Shown here in pieces: positions 1 through 14,590 of a DNA stretch of 64,000 bases. This DNA is from Trichoplax sp. H2 (Eukaryota): assembly GCA_003344405.1 (NCBI GenBank), contig NOWV01000127.1:62001-126000 (forward strand), written 5' to 3'. The notes under the pieces are model-generated. The model made no database searches. It was not told where the DNA came from and was given only the letters and a program-made list of their open reading frames with translations. How positions within the stretch are numbered: the stretch's first letter is position 1; every line of letters begins with the position of its first letter. A program made the position numbers and the translations under genes.

Positions 1-154
1 ACAGTGATGTCATAAAATAGCGATACAATCCATAATAAGTGTATTGACCAACTTAGCAATTCATCCCATTAAAAAGTCCATCGTAAACAAGTCAATGGAC
101 ATACTAGTATACGCGTAATTTTCCCATAGCATATACATGCAAATTGATTTTCAG

Positions 155-3100
155 CAAAAACAACTATTCCTATCCACTCAAAAGATGAATGGTGACGATG
201 ACACTACAGTCGATCTGCAATCATCCACTAAACTTGGTTATCAACAGCAGCAAGAATGGGATAAATTATTCATCTTAAAACATTCTATTGCAGCTAAAGA
301 AGAAAAACTTCGTCTATTAACCGATGAGCTAGCAAGATCCAATCGCCAACGAGATGCTTGGAAATCCAAAGTCGAGCAAATTACAGACGAGAAAGTTCAA
401 TTGCATGGTGAAATGATCCAATTTTCTACTTATCAACATAAAATACTATCACCTATTGCTGACTTGATTCAACAAATAGAAACTGCATTGTATTTAACCA
501 ATGAACCTGCTGCAACATCGGATAACCATCAAGACAATATTTACGCTCTACCCCGCCGATTAGAAACTTGCTATCATGCTTTAAAAGTGCGACTTTATCA
601 ACCAATGCATGACATCAATCAAACAAATCAGACATACATAGGAGATTATCGCTATAACACAAATAGTCATCATGACTATACTGTATCCGCTGCTGCAATT
701 AGTCAGAAAAAGACCTTAATGCATAAAGCGGTACAAACAATTCAGGAGCAAAATACAAGTGCCAATCCATTTCTTACAAGACCAAATATGAAACAGACTC
801 TCGTGACTAAAGCAACCACCGATAGATATGATAGCCCCAATGACATTCGAGATAGCGATAGGATAACACAGACAACAGCACACAATCACAATTTAATTGA
901 AAATGATCCAAATACAATCAATCAAACCAATACCAAAGCAGATAATATTACTTTAAATGCTCATTACTCTGCTATATCTAGTCACAGCTCCAGTAATATT
1001 CAGGATATAAAAATGAATAACATGGACGAATTGAAAAAGCAATTGCAAGAAAAAATAGAACAAATCAATTACCTAGAGCAACATAGCCATCAACAAGACC
1101 AAAAATTAAACACTTGCAAAGTATTACAAGGTACGATGGGTGTTGAAATAGCAAAATATACCACAGATATTGCTAAATTACAACGGCAAGTTCAAGATCT
1201 TCAATCTCAATTAACCGTTAAAACGAATAAGATTACTTCGCTGCAACAACAGCAACAACTACTAGAGGAATGTCGTCAAGAAATACAAACATTACTAGCA
1301 GAAAGAAATAATTTATTCAAGATGATCGGTAAATTACAAGATTCCCTTGGAATAAATCCATTACATCATTTTGATCATGCTACGATAACTCAACAGTATA
1401 AATCTTGGGCTACTCAGCCTTTACAAACTGGTCAAAAGTATCAGAAAAATAAAACAATCATTGATAATAGTATAAAAACAAGTGGTCATCAACCACACCA
1501 AAATCAACAAGCCAAGCAAACATCTGATTTAAGTGTCGTTATGGAACGATTTAAAGGTTCTTACTATCTTTATTACAACATGATTGAAACTTGTACTATA
1601 TTTTGTTGATAGTACTTGTTTAGAAGTGAGATACTTCACTGTACTTCGAACTTATCTACCGCTACACTCTAACAAACAAGGAACTTGCCACTATGATAAA
1701 GTAAATCCATTTCAATTTCTTTTATTAGCGTATCAGAAAGACTTGGATGTAGCTCATCGAGATTTGATATCCAAAGGACAAACGCATAATGATAGTAAGA
1801 GACGGACATTTGCAATGAAATGAAATTTTCAGTTCACACCTTCACACTATTTTAGCTAAAAAATAGTTCAATAGCTAAATCAGGCGAAATAGACTATCCT
1901 GTAGATTCGTTTTTAATCATACTTGTCGACGCCTGTAGCATCGCAGGTTTTTATGTTAAAAATTTTTCTCCGTCTTAGTATGCAAAGCAGCCTTCAAAAT
2001 GCAGAAACAAATTACAAATATGCGCAAGGAAATTGACACATTATTAACAAGGTGATGATAACCGTTTCAATAATATACTTGACCAAGTCACAATACCTCA
2101 AAATATATTACCGATGTTAAAATGTAGATCCTTTTATATCTTATTATGAGAACATCACAATAGTTTAGAACATCTGAAATGACTTTTAAATTGATATTTT
2201 ATTGATAATTACAGATTAGATTGGTTAGCTGAAGAGCGTGAAACATTGTTAAAGGTTCGATTTTTATCGTGCTATTGATGATAGATCGTTAGGAATAAAG
2301 ACTACTATACTATACTTATAAATTATATCCTATAGAACCGTATCTGGATGAATTTTTGTCCAATTTAACATCCAATATTACCTGTACTTATTTCTTTTTG
2401 CTCATAACTTGTTTAATGAGAATTTTTTAGTCTATATGCTTATAATTCCATTGATTACCTTAAGAAACTTATAGAATAATTTTATCTTCCCTAATTGCAC
2501 AAAATGTGTGTATTAGTGAGGTGTTAACGGTCATTAATAGGATAATATTATCCAGTATTTCTTCCTATACTTATAACGTATGTACTATTACTATGTAGCA
2601 ATGTTATTTTTATTAATTATACCCTAAGCGGTACCTTTACGAATGGCTTTAATCACCATCTATTATGCATATGGAAATAGTTTAAAGTTATTTTGGTTCA
2701 TGCCTATTAATAACAGGATAAAAAAAGTAGTCAACGACTGGCAAAAGACTTGACCGAGCGTCTAAAACATTCCAAAGCCTCCAATGAGAATTTACAGGCT
2801 GAAATTTTATTGCTGAGGGGAGAAATTGGTTTTAAAGATCAATTAATAGATCATCTACGTATGTCCGTTGAACAAGTAAGATTATGCTTATATCACTTAT
2901 GCAAACACGATTATCTTTCTATCCTCTAAAGCAAAGCATAGTAAAGTATGTAGAAGAAGGAAGGAGATTGAATAGAATATAATTATATTGAGATTTCATT
3001 ATTCGCTTAGGCTAAAATAAATCAAGCTGCAGTTGTTACCTTGGCAGAAAAACGAATTGAAGAGATGAATCAAGTAAGTTCTATTTTGCTATAACTACTT

Positions 3101-4335
3101 CAGAACATAGCAAGGGGAAATTATAATCATTCCTTACAAATAAGCTACAATCTATTGAATCATTAACATGATTGCGTCAATAATTTTATGAATACTAACT
3201 AATCATACTCGGAATATATTCTAGGCTACTCAAGTTAAGCACGCCAAAATTCTACCATCTCTGCCAAATGATATTGATGCTTTAAGGTTAACATGGTAGC
3301 AAGCCTAACAGATATTCTCGATAGATCAGATAGACTTTACAAATAACGTAAACTCTTGTTTTCTGTTACAGAAGTGCGAAAACTGGTTTACCACCAATCA
3401 ATTCAGAAACAAATACTGCTGAATCGGTAACTAATCATAACAGAAGCACTGCTACATTTAATATTTGCAGTTATGCTAGAAGTAAAATCATAATAATCTA
3501 TACGCGTATGTAGCATGGTGATCACTCTAACCCTAAAGCTGACGAAATTAGCCGTAAACTTCAAATTGAAACTCCAGCTGATCAAGTATAAATTAGTCTA
3601 AAAACTTTGATTCATGACTCCTTGATACATTTTATGTGAGGAAGTAATAATCCCTCAGAATTTATGTAATTATTGGCATAGTTTGTAACTATTTTACTTA
3701 AAGCTAATTTCTTATTTTATCGTCTTCCATCAGTTCAATTCCGTTCCTACAGGAAAACCATTGCATAATTTACATCCTAATATCCATCAACAGCTACTGC
3801 ACGACATTAATGTTCTCAGGCAACAGCAATTAGACATTTTAATGGACAATAACCAATCATCCTCAACGGTAGAATTAGTTATATCGTCTAGAGTACCCAA
3901 GGATCAACATGAATCTTCAACGTCCGCTTTTCATCTCTCTGAGATAACGCAGGATGCTAGTGATCAATCAACTGTAAAAAAGGATGAAAAGTCATCGGCA
4001 TCAGGGCAGGGTCTAAATTTATCCGCTAAATTCGAAAATACCGACAACTTGTCATCATTTACTGACGGTACCTATATTAATTGAATGAGTTATATGAAAA
4101 TTTGTAATAAAGCAATGACGTTATTGTTTGCATGATTAAGCATTTACTAACTATTCTCATACCGAAACGAATTGTAGACAGTTTATTATATAATTCAACG
4201 ATGAATGAAAGGAATCAATTGACCGGCCAGGTATTGAATAAAGACGTCTATCAACGTTTACGGCTTCGATTGAACGCATTGAAGCGGTTGGGAGGGCGAT
4301 TAGAAGAAGATAATACAGGTTCTGCATGTAGCTAA
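155..4335 (+). CDS. Multi-exon uncharacterised coiled-coil protein (probably 5'-partial)
   Basis: A large exon ~155-1556 (ORF 137..1609; acceptor tttcag at 149-154, donor aag|gttct at 1557) is followed by GT-AG-flanked exons near 1729-1794, 1980-2051, 2215-2254, 2718-2875, 3011-3073, 3226-3287, 3372-3426, 3734-4068 and 4178-4335 (TAA). The product has heptad/Gln-rich segments (LKKQLQEKIEQINYLEQ; AKLQRQVQDLQSQL). No family recognised. Confidence 0.75.
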
Positions 4336-4436
4336 TTTTATTTATTATTTGTGCCTTTAATATTTTATATTTAAAAAGTGGCTTTACACAGATGAAACTT
4401 TAACTACGGTATTTTTAACTAGAATTGCATCAGATG

Positions 4437-4795
4437 ATCCAAAATCATGATAGTAAACTTAAAAAGTGCCGGCAAAAAGAAAAGGATATTTCTAGCTTGA
4501 TGTAAGATTCATAGCAGTGTCCTCTTCTTCAATGAGTACATGTAAATAGCGGATAATCCAAACTCACGATAGCAAGTTTAAAAAATGCCGGTGAAAGAAA
4601 TGGATATTTCTAGCTTAAAGTAAAATTTCCAACGGATCTTCTTCAACGAGTACATATAAATAGCGCAAAAATGCAAATTCATGATAGCAACTTTAAAATT
4701 GCCGGTAAAAAGAAAAGGATATTCCTCACTCCATGTGAAATTGGCCATAGAGCAATTTTCTTCATCGAGTACATGTAAATAGCTAATGATTAACA
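4437..4795. repeat. Degenerate tandem repeat, ~117 bp x3
   Basis: The pattern 'catgatag..aa.ttaaaa..tgccgg..aaagaaa.ggatatt ... ttcttca..gagtacat.taaatagc' recurs at ~4445, ~4565 and ~4680. Confidence 0.85.
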
Positions 4796-6549
4796 CAGAT
4801 ATCAATGTCCAAGTTCCCTACATATTTTAAGTTTGCTATTGTACGCATGCATATGTGGAATATTAGATCAGCATAGTTTAATTTCATACGACAGAATTAC
4901 GGGAATGATTTTCAAAAGACTAAACATTATGACGTTTCACTTTACGTGCATTGCACTATTTATGTATTATTTAAGCTTTGCGCTACGTTAAATAGTTATG
5001 TTATGTCTCAGTGGTCGGTTCTGCTGGATTATTTCAATATTGATATTTCATCTTGACAGAACTTAATCCTGTGATAATTTAATTTTTCTTCATGGATCAG
5101 CATGTAAATAGAACACTATGGTATAAGTATAATTAATACTATGTTAAAGCGTTAAAAATCTAGACAGCCATAACTCTAATACTGCAATAACTGATATTAA
5201 AATAGAAACAGTGGAATATTCATATAGTTGCAGATTTTCACTAGAGTATACGTTATTTAAGCTTTCCGGCAGTTCGTTCTTCTACAAAAATATTTCTTAT
5301 ATTAGTAAATATCCTTACTTTTCGGATATGTTTAAATATTATATCATGCTTTGATTCTGATGTTGATGTAGGTGCTAATTTAATTTTAATTAATTAAGTA
5401 ATTGTATGCCAATCATTGTACATTTGATGAAAATTTTCCGGAAATCTGAACTGGATCTATATAGTACGGTCAAAAACTAGAATCGTACTGGTATAGCCAT
5501 AGTATCACATTTCAGATTTATTCTTTTACAATAAAGTAAATAGCTGAAACCAATCGTTAGAAATTGAAAATTTTTTATTCTAATCAAGGTTATAACCTGA
5601 GATACTAGGTTATTATTCAACGAACGATATTACTGTAGTACTATATTGCTATAGAGTAAATCCGTAAATACGAAATCCCATATTCATAATCTAAGCTATT
5701 TGAGAGCAAGAATGAATGAACAAAGTTTCATTTGATATGTAAAAGTTACTAAAATTTCCAATGTAAATTAATGCGATAATACAGATAATTTATATAGAGC
5801 ATCCATGAAACTAAGACAGCAATAGAATAAGTCATCAAACATTAAATCATCTTGTTTGCATAACGACAAACATTAGTTTGAACAATAAGTAGCCTATAAA
5901 TTTGTAAAAATTTCACTTGTATCTTGTGTCTTTAACTTTCCTTGATAAGCATATCTGCTGCAGTAAGGCAATGCATTGCATTGTATAACGTTAGAAAATG
6001 CAAGATTAGCTATTAAGGTAAGAAGAGAACCGGAAAGCAGCTGTAACAAATAAGACATTATAGAGATGAATTTGTATGAAAAGATAGTTTAGCCCTTAGT
6101 TACTACCGTTGCTTTCTGTAAAAAGTTGCCATACTTTAGGCACGGCGTAGAAAATGATCAAGTATCAAGCAGAAATAAACTTATAGATAAAGACAAAGCA
6201 TTAAACAAGATTATATATTACGATGGTAATTCCATTTTTGTATATTATACAAATTCGTTCTAGGCCAAGATATGAAAGTATACGGTATATCGCAACGAAT
6301 ACGTAAAGCTTAATCTCATATAGTACGAAACATGCAAAAATATCATGCACGTTAGCAATAAGCAAGTTATTATTATCACCTATCTACCCATCTAAAATAA
6401 TAATTTTCATCTACTAGAAACGAAAGGCATAAGCAGTGTAAAAGTAATTAGTTTTACTCCTCTGATCTGGTGTTACATATATCTTTGAAAGATATTAATT
6501 CATTCATTAATTAATATTTGATTTCGCTAAGCGAATTAGAATAGGTTTT

Positions 6550-9500
6550 TTATTTTTTACAATCTTCAACTAGTTTTTTAATGCCGCTAACGATGGATAA
6601 TCCCAGATAGGCATTGAAGCCTCTCTCGTAATAGTCAGGTGCGTGGCCTCTGTTAAAATAGAAGGTTTGCACTTTAGTCATTTCGCTCGATTGCCTAGAT
6701 AGATGATGAATGACTATGAAATAATTAGAGTAAATATTAACTTACCTATCGTCAATTCTGAATATATATGTCAATCTAGATTCACCACGTTCTGTTGGTT
6801 CAATTAAGAATCGCTCAGCTAGAACAATACCACGAGTTTCACCAATAGGTAAAGCACTATTGTATGATATCGATGCTGAGACGAGCACGCAAGAACCACG
6901 TTGTAAATGTGTTCTCCAAGATCTATAATCGATAAAAATAAAGCATATAGAGTTTTACCGTTGAATGTGTTTATTTCTAGTACTTGGATAAAAGTAGAAT
7001 TTAGCTGTGTCTTTTACAGTTTTATGATGTATTTACTCACCGTAGTGCATAATAATCCCTCGAGTCCATAGTGCTCATTGAAGAGGAATTTTTGACATAA
7101 TAATGAATATCGGTTTGGCAATCAAGAGTTTCTACAACTTTGTGGTTTTGCACCATTTTATCCCACAAATGTCTACAATATTTGTTGTTCACAATCAGTC
7201 TTAGCGTCGCAAGAATGTATTCACCGATGATGTTATTATATACTATACAAACCTATCATTGAGTAGTAATTCCAAGATATCTTCAGCAACACCATTGACA
7301 GTGGTAACAGCTCTGGCTAACGATAATGGATAGTCATCGCTAGCTTTTTTAAATGAAATTTCTATTCCGTTTTGCAAACTGTACGGTACCCAGCCACTAA
7401 ATTTATTTTTATATTCCTATAGATTGATATAAAGTATTAAGTGATGAATAACAATAAATATTAAAAATTGGAATGGGCGTGTCAATGATTATTCTAATAA
7501 CGATGAGATAAAAATTTGAAGGTTTATTATTACATTTATAACTATTCCAACTGCATTCTTAATGTAACTCTTAAAATCACTCTTTCCATCCGATTTACGT
7601 CGTCCTAAATCGGACAGTTGTAAGGGTTGGCCAAGGTCCAACGATGTAAAATCGCAAGCCTTGACAATGTCAGATGAAATCTGCAATCGAGGTATATGAA
7701 GAATCATTTCTTTAGCATAATAACCTTGCCATGAATACATTATGATGTCAGTTTCTACATATAATTTTGACTTACCGTAAACAGTTTTTCATGGTTACGA
7801 ATCATTAAATCAAGTACGTCAATGACGGTCTAACCAGATTGATTCATCATAAACCCATTTCAGTATATAGAATTGTGATCTTAAGATATGAAATAAAGAA
7901 TGCTATAATCGAATTAAACTTACAACGCTGTCATTAATTTCTTTACTGTTGGCAAGATTGGATGGCGAAGAAGGCCATGGTAATATCTTTTGTAGAGGAC
8001 CAGTTTGACTCGCTACGCTAAATAATGATGGGCTTAAACATACAGCAAGGCTATTGATAGTCATCTGAAAATAGAGACAAATACATGAAATTTACTTATA
8101 GGTAGACAAGTATGGATATAACATTTCCTACCTGATGCATATCGGAATGGGATGCAACATCACTTAAAAATTCCAAGAGAAATCTTAAGGCATCACGGCT
8201 TTCGTCTGGCATCAGTAGAACAGCCAATTGAGTATAGTAAAACCTTAAGTCACTTTCAACATCTACAACAGTAATAAAACAAGGCGTTAATGATATATTC
8301 TATATAGGCTTACAGTAGCTTTTCCATTTTAAATGTACATGATTTTATAAAGACCAAAATTTCTGTCATTTTGCTGTTAAAGACAGGTTCAGGTAATTCT
8401 CGAAAATATCCCTTGAGCATATCAGCAATATCATGGTGATAAGATTTTTCAAATTCGTTGAAATTACTGTTCGCTTCACATTTTTTACGTAGTGTAGATA
8501 CGCGCGATTTGACGCCAGCTTTTCTAAAGATGCCTTCAATAGCTAAGGATAAGAAATTATTTTGAGTGTATAATTATAGTTTACGTGTATGTATGGCACT
8601 ATAGTGTAGCAGATGATGCAAAGCAGTGTAAAACTATTTTATCTAAAGATTCTTATAATGATATACGTATTTACCGTTTCTACGTAGATAGTCTAGAGCA
8701 TTGATAATAGATTGAGGTAGGGAGCGTCCAGTTCTTTCCAATACAATCCATAAAGGTAAGTTTAGTAATTTATCTACGAATGAATGCAGATACAAGATAC
8801 AAATTTAAATAGTAGGAAAATAATGCACTTAAATGCGCAGTTCTTTGCAATACAATCAATCCATAAAGATAAGTTTAGTAATAAATCTACGAATAAATGC
8901 GAATAGTAATTTGACTAGTAGGACAAAAATGGACTTGAACGTCCAAGTCTTTGCAAAACAATCCATAAAGGTAAGATTAATACTTAATTTACATATGATT
9001 CGACTAGAAATTAAAATACAGTATTGAGTGCGAGGAAAAAAATAGACTTGTATGGTGGTCATTATACGTTAATCTTGTAGTACCTCTGGATTCATTTTTT
9101 GGTCTTTTGCGAACAAGTTTGGATGGCAGTAGCCTAATTAATGATATTGAGAATGATTTTATTAACTGTTAGGTTCACTGACTGGGTAAAGATGAAAATG
9201 TCTAAGCTAGAGCCATAAAATTACCTATCTAAAGTCTGCTTAGTCGATGATTGATTTTCTAACATTTCCGTAAGTTTACTAAAGGCAAACTTTTGCACAG
9301 CAGCAAATTGGCCGGCTGTTAATTCACTGAGGCTAAAGTCCCTAAATAGAAGAAATAAAGAAGGCATGATACCTTGGCCGTTAAATATAGAATAAGACTG
9401 AGCTACGTAGGAATTCTATGTATTTACCTTTCCATCTTAACAGGGACAACAGCACGTCCAAATGGATGCCATTTTGAGCTTTTCTTGCTAACACGATGTG

Positions 9501-12222
9501 CAAGACTACAAGAAATAAACATAAACATAGGGTAAATATACCACGCCATAACTACATCATTGGTATATTATTTCATGGCATTAAAAGAAACATTGACCTA
9601 TAAATAATATAATCAAACCTTGGCTGACGTAAAGCATGGGAATCTTTACGTAAAACAACGGCATCATGAAATCGATGACTGTTTGAATCAAGTAGGTTGG
9701 GATCGCTGGAATCTGAATCTGTTTCGACCCGATCGGATAACTCCATAGAACTCTTTTTGTGCCCTGTATAGAGGTATTAGAAGTCATAGAAAGCGAATGC
9801 GTAACTACAACAATATCCATGTAGAATAACGATAGAGGCAACGATGACACTGTCACAAACCTTCCTGGTCACTTGAATCATCTTGTAGAACAACCAAGTC
9901 AGCTAAACTGGCAGACTTTTGACTACTAGACAATGAAGCTTTCGATAGCTGGTTGTTACTTTCAGCTGTTGCATCGTTGTCTTTTCCTATATTTAGATTG
10001 CTATGACCATCCATAAATGGTAAATCTCTCTTTGCATAGTCATCACCTCCACTCGACGACCTAGCATGGTATCGATCTTTCGTATTTTCAATCCTTTTAT
10101 TGTATAATAAGGGAAATGATCCAGTAATACTTTTGTTGGCGTTCATTCCATAAAGTCCAAATCTACTTTCAATAAACTTATTGCGTGGTTTTTTGTGCCC
10201 ACTTTGAGCCATGTTAGACATCCTATTATTGGATATCGTTATAGTTTTACTTTGCTCACTCGATTCCAACTCTGTCGATCTTTGTGTTGTCCTCGATGTG
10301 CTGTGAATATCAACCGACGATCGAGAAATAGAATCACTCCCAATGTTGGTGTCGGAAGGATCCATTTGACGGACATTCAGCAAACTCTTTGCTAAATTTT
10401 TGCTAGTATCACCATTCCATGTTCGATTATAATTCTTGGTAGGGCGTTTTGAATAATTGGAACCCACACTAGAGGTGCGTATAACCTCTGGTGACTGAAT
10501 ACAGTTATCATAGCCAGCTGCTTTATCGGGAAAATCGGAAATTTGTGTCATAATGTCATAAACGGGAAATTTGGGAGGTATAGCACTGGCTTTAGATCTA
10601 TCTTGAAATCGACTGGATAAGGCAACAAGTTCGTTTTTATTTCCTTTCACTACTGGTTCAACTACAAAAGGCTTCCTGATATTTTTATCGAAAGAAGAAA
10701 TTGTAAATGCTCTATCCGGTTTACGTCGATCTGTTTGTTGAGGGATATCGAGCTTAGATGTAGTTGAAAATTTAGTAATTGAAGAGGTATGAGAAGCTTG
10801 TTGAGAATCTACTTTATCTAGTGATGATGGCTTTGCTAGGTTGGTATCTGTTAAGGTATGACTACTTGAATTTGGAGTTAAACTTTTAGTGTTATCGTTG
10901 ACATATTGATTTAATAGGTTGATTCGCCTATGCCACATTTTAAGGGTAGAAATAAATGAAAACATTGAGAATTAGCTATGGTAGAATTTTAATTTTACAA
11001 CAATATCCTTCTTCAATCATGATGCCCTTTTATGATCTTACCGAATGACAGCATTAATTGAGCTAGCATCCATGAAACTGTTATCTTTTTTAACAGTTGC
11101 AATGTCGATGGGAAATTGTCCGTCTAAATGAAGACATGGATTGGAAATTGGTACAACATATATAACATATCCATAACATAAAATAAGCTACGTGTAAATT
11201 TTCCATCTTTGCGTAGACATGTTATGATTACAACGACTGTGTTGTGAGAGAGCTCGATCATGCATGCTACATACCTTCATAGGCTCGAGCATAACGAGAG
11301 AAACCCGTAAATTTGAGCCATTGGCAAGCTTCTCCTGCATCTTTTTCTACAGTATGAAAAGGAAATATTTTTGTAAGAAGGGATAAAGCAAGGCAATTTT
11401 TGTACTGGATGTTATTGCTAAAGTCATTGATTGGTATTCTACTGCTATACCTGTGACATTGACAATTTGGTTTTTACTAATTCTTGGCAATTCGGGGGAA
11501 GATTGTACACGAGTAGCATCGTTATGGCCGATATTAAAGATTGCCTTGGATGGTAAATTAATTAATGACTTTGTTTGATTGATTGCTTCATGTTGAATTT
11601 GTCCTAAATTTTTAGAGTCCAAACTTTGTGTGCTGCCAGCCAACTACAGACAATAAAGTAAGCGTAGAATAACGATATCATGGTTGTTGAATGCTAGTTG
11701 TTTCTTGATTTTTAAGGTGGTATTGATGATGCTTTACTTACTTGCAAACTTTCTAAATCTTTCTGTAACTGCTCGTTTTGCTGGGATAGCAAATCAAGTT
11801 CTTGATCTAAGCTTTTAAGTAGCTATATAGCGATGGAGGTAGAAAATATGGATTATTTTAAAGCGTATAAAATATTGTCGAAGTATCTACTTTTTCAGTA
11901 AGTATAGTAGTTTTCATTAGTAAATCAAGCTGTGTGTGTTCATTTTTACTAGCTAGATGGAGATGGAGAAAGACAAATGCATTTCTTGTCGATATCCTCT
12001 TTGACGGTCGCTATACAGTACTGTAGTGAAAGTAAACTAATCTACTAGTTTTTACACGTTACTTCAAATGGAGTAGTTGATGTAAGCTTTTAAGTAGCTG
12101 CTAGTAGACAATTTACTCATTATGAAGAAACTTTAAGAACGATTTTACCTCTTTGTCAACTTGAGCGACTACGCCAGATTTCAGACCATTCTCCATTGAA
12201 AGAAACTTGCTGCTATCGACAT
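6550..12222 (-). CDS. STARD13: DLC1/STARD13/STARD8-family RhoGAP (SAM - Ser-rich - RhoGAP - START); 5' end not located
   Basis: Spliced exons encode a SAM domain (EKDAGEACQWLKFTGFSRYARAYE / DGQFPIDIATVKKDNSFMDASSINAVIR, ~11040-11346) and a Ser-rich linker (ORF 9853..10965). They continue with a RhoGAP domain carrying the Arg finger (GIFRKAGVKSRVSTLRK..DIADMLKGYFRELPEPVF, ~8340-8545) and a START domain (SWRTHLQRGSCVLVSASI..RFLIEPTERGESRLTYIFRIDDRGHAPDYY, 6550-6923). Stop is at 6550-6552. The most 5' exon I can splice in phase is 12149-12222. Confidence 0.93.
8735..8995 (-). repeat. Tandem triplication (~110 bp period) of a RhoGAP exon start and its splice acceptor; two copies degenerate
   Basis: 'caatccataaag.taag.tta.ta' occurs at ~8745, ~8857 and ~8959. 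The first copy is the real exon (LPLWIVLERTGRS); the other two are intronic. Confidence 0.8.
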
Positions 12223-12564
12223 CTGTAGGAGGAAGAAAAAGCGAAGAGTTGAGCTTTATTCCTTGCATTCAAGATTGACTGTCTACTATAGCAAAAGATG
12301 ATGATTTATTTGCATCTGGCAATACTAATACAGCCCCCCTCCATTGATTTTGCTGTTTCTCCGAAGGAAAGACTGTGTGCAAGTGTCTGCACTCCGCAGG
12401 TCATAAAAGTATACAGTCCAGCGAGCAAGAAAGGCAAGCTGTTGTCGTCTAGTTTGGAGATATTTTATGGCCCAAGATTACTGGTATGATTTTATGGACA
12501 AGGATTAAGGTATCTTTCTCCTTTCTTGCAAAGCCTTGACAAGCAATTGGAGACATTCAGCTAT

Positions 12565-13045
12565 GGTCAAGAAGCAATCTTGCTCGCTACCGTTGTTAAA
12601 ATGGAAAAGCACCCAAATGAATGATGGCCTAGACACAAATTGGAGCGATAGCTAGAATCAAGAAGCAATCTCTCTTGCTACCGCGTTGTTAAAATCCAAA
12701 TGAATGATGGCCTAGACACAAAGTGGAGCGATAGCTAGAGTCAAGAAGCAATTTCTCTTGCTACCGTTGGTAAAATAGAAAAGCATCCAAATGAATGATG
12801 GCCTAGGCACAAATTGGAGCGACAACTAGAGTCAAGAAGCAATCTCTCTTGCTACCGTTGTTAAAATGGAAAAGCATCCAAATGAATGATGGATTGATGG
12901 CACACGGACAGGAGGATAAAGTGGAGCGATGGCTAGGGTCAAGAAGCAATCCATTCGTGCTACTGTCGTTGAAATAGATTTCTCATGGAAGACATGATCT
13001 CCCTACCCCTCCAAAAAAAAATGATGGCTAGGATCAAGAAACAAT
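12565..13045. repeat. Tandem repeat, ~85-105 bp x6
   Basis: 'tcaagaagcaatct..cttgctaccgttgttaaaat..ccaaatgaatgatggcctagacacaaa.tggagcga' starts at ~12567, 12657, 12741, 12832, 12939 and 13035. Confidence 0.9.
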
Positions 13046-13914
13046 CTACCCGTACTACCGTCGTTAAGGTTCAAATGGGAATGGCTGTTAGTTAAAATAA
13101 GAAAAAGGATAGGAAATGGCGAATAGTGGATGGTAATGTCAAGTGACGATGATCGACTACAACGAGTATCTTCATTTTTAGCATGTTTAACATCTTCATC
13201 TTACCGACTAGGAGCAAAACAGACATGATATTCCCCAACGAACGAATAGATGATGATTTTCAAGACAACCTAAAGAACGCTCATCAAAACTTCAATCTCA
13301 TCAGATCAAAACGATTAATGCCGATAACTTGCAATGGTGACCACTCCGTGTCGACAACTATGCGTAAAATCGAGGATGGAAATGATGTTAAATAGCCACA
13401 AATTGAGCTTTCCAACGGTATACAAGTTAAGCAAAACAATAAGGATTAGAAATGATGATGGGAAAAGAGAGCAAGGTGTTGGAATGGACGATTGCATCAT
13501 CTAGCGCTAAGCTGTCATGATTTGCACAACATTCCTGGAGCTTGTTGTTATTTCAACCCTTATATGGGTAAAAAAAGTCTTGGATGATGGCCATCTATTG
13601 ATGCAAACTTATTGGAAATGCAATATCAACGGATGATCCATGTCTGGTTATTCTTCGACCGGAAATCAGCCTGTCAAGAAATGGCATGATTGACAGTTGG
13701 ATGCTATCGTCAAAGGTTTACTGGAGTGATTGTGATTGCAAGCCATTGCAGCTTGTAAAAATAACATCAAGGGGTGAGAAGATGACAACATTATGTCCTA
13801 CTAATCCTATTACGACATTGTTATTCTATTGGGAAAGTTACATAAAACGAGGAATGGATATTGTGTTTGTCAACGCCAGTGGTGCTTAAGCTGAGCTACC
13901 GACAGTGGGCTCTC

Positions 13915-14590
13915 CAAGAATGGAGAAGGAACTGCAGTAGAGCTGGAAATGATTCAACAGACGTTATTAAGAAGAAGAATGAAGGAATCAACATGCTGGT
14001 TCGACTGCAGTAGAGCTTTAAATGAAATTTCCTATTACAAATTTAGAATTGAAATGAAGACATTTGAAAAAATGGACGAGGAATGCACATTCTTGAAAAG
14101 GCTAATTTGTGGTGTAAAATTGAAAAGGGACGTTGGCAAGAATGGACAAGGAATCAACATTCTTATTCAACGACAGCCAAAGCTTGAAATGAGCTTTCCT
14201 ATTACAGTCTATCACTCAAAAGAAACATCTCGATAAATGGATGAGGAATCATTCTTCTAATTCAACGACAATTGAGCGTGAGAACTCATACTAAAAGAGA
14301 GGCCTTGAAGAATAGAAGAAGGATCAACATTCTTATTTAACTGCAATATTTCCTACTGAAAAGAGAGACATGGAGAAGAATCAAGGAGGAATCTACATTC
14401 TAATTCAATGGCAGTGGAGCTTGAAAATGAACTATTGGGAATGAAGATGGAAAGAAGAGTGTGGGGGGGGAGAATGGACGAGAAATTAAGATGATGATGG
14501 GGACAGCAGTTTATGAAATGAGCTTGCCATGTAGGATTGGAAGAGACGAAGAATCAATAAGATGATTAGATGATCGTTCAGCTTGAAATC
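13915..14590. repeat. Highly degenerate tandem repeat, ~80 bp x~8
   Basis: Variants of 'aagaatgga..aggaatcaacattctt.ttcaac..cag..gagcttgaaatga' recur. Confidence 0.7.

Noticed and set aside
9581-9860. Apparent premature stop at 9853 in the RhoGAP gene
   Set aside because: An intron (gtttgt...tatacag, ~9859-9765 on the - strand) removes it and the next exon continues in phase.
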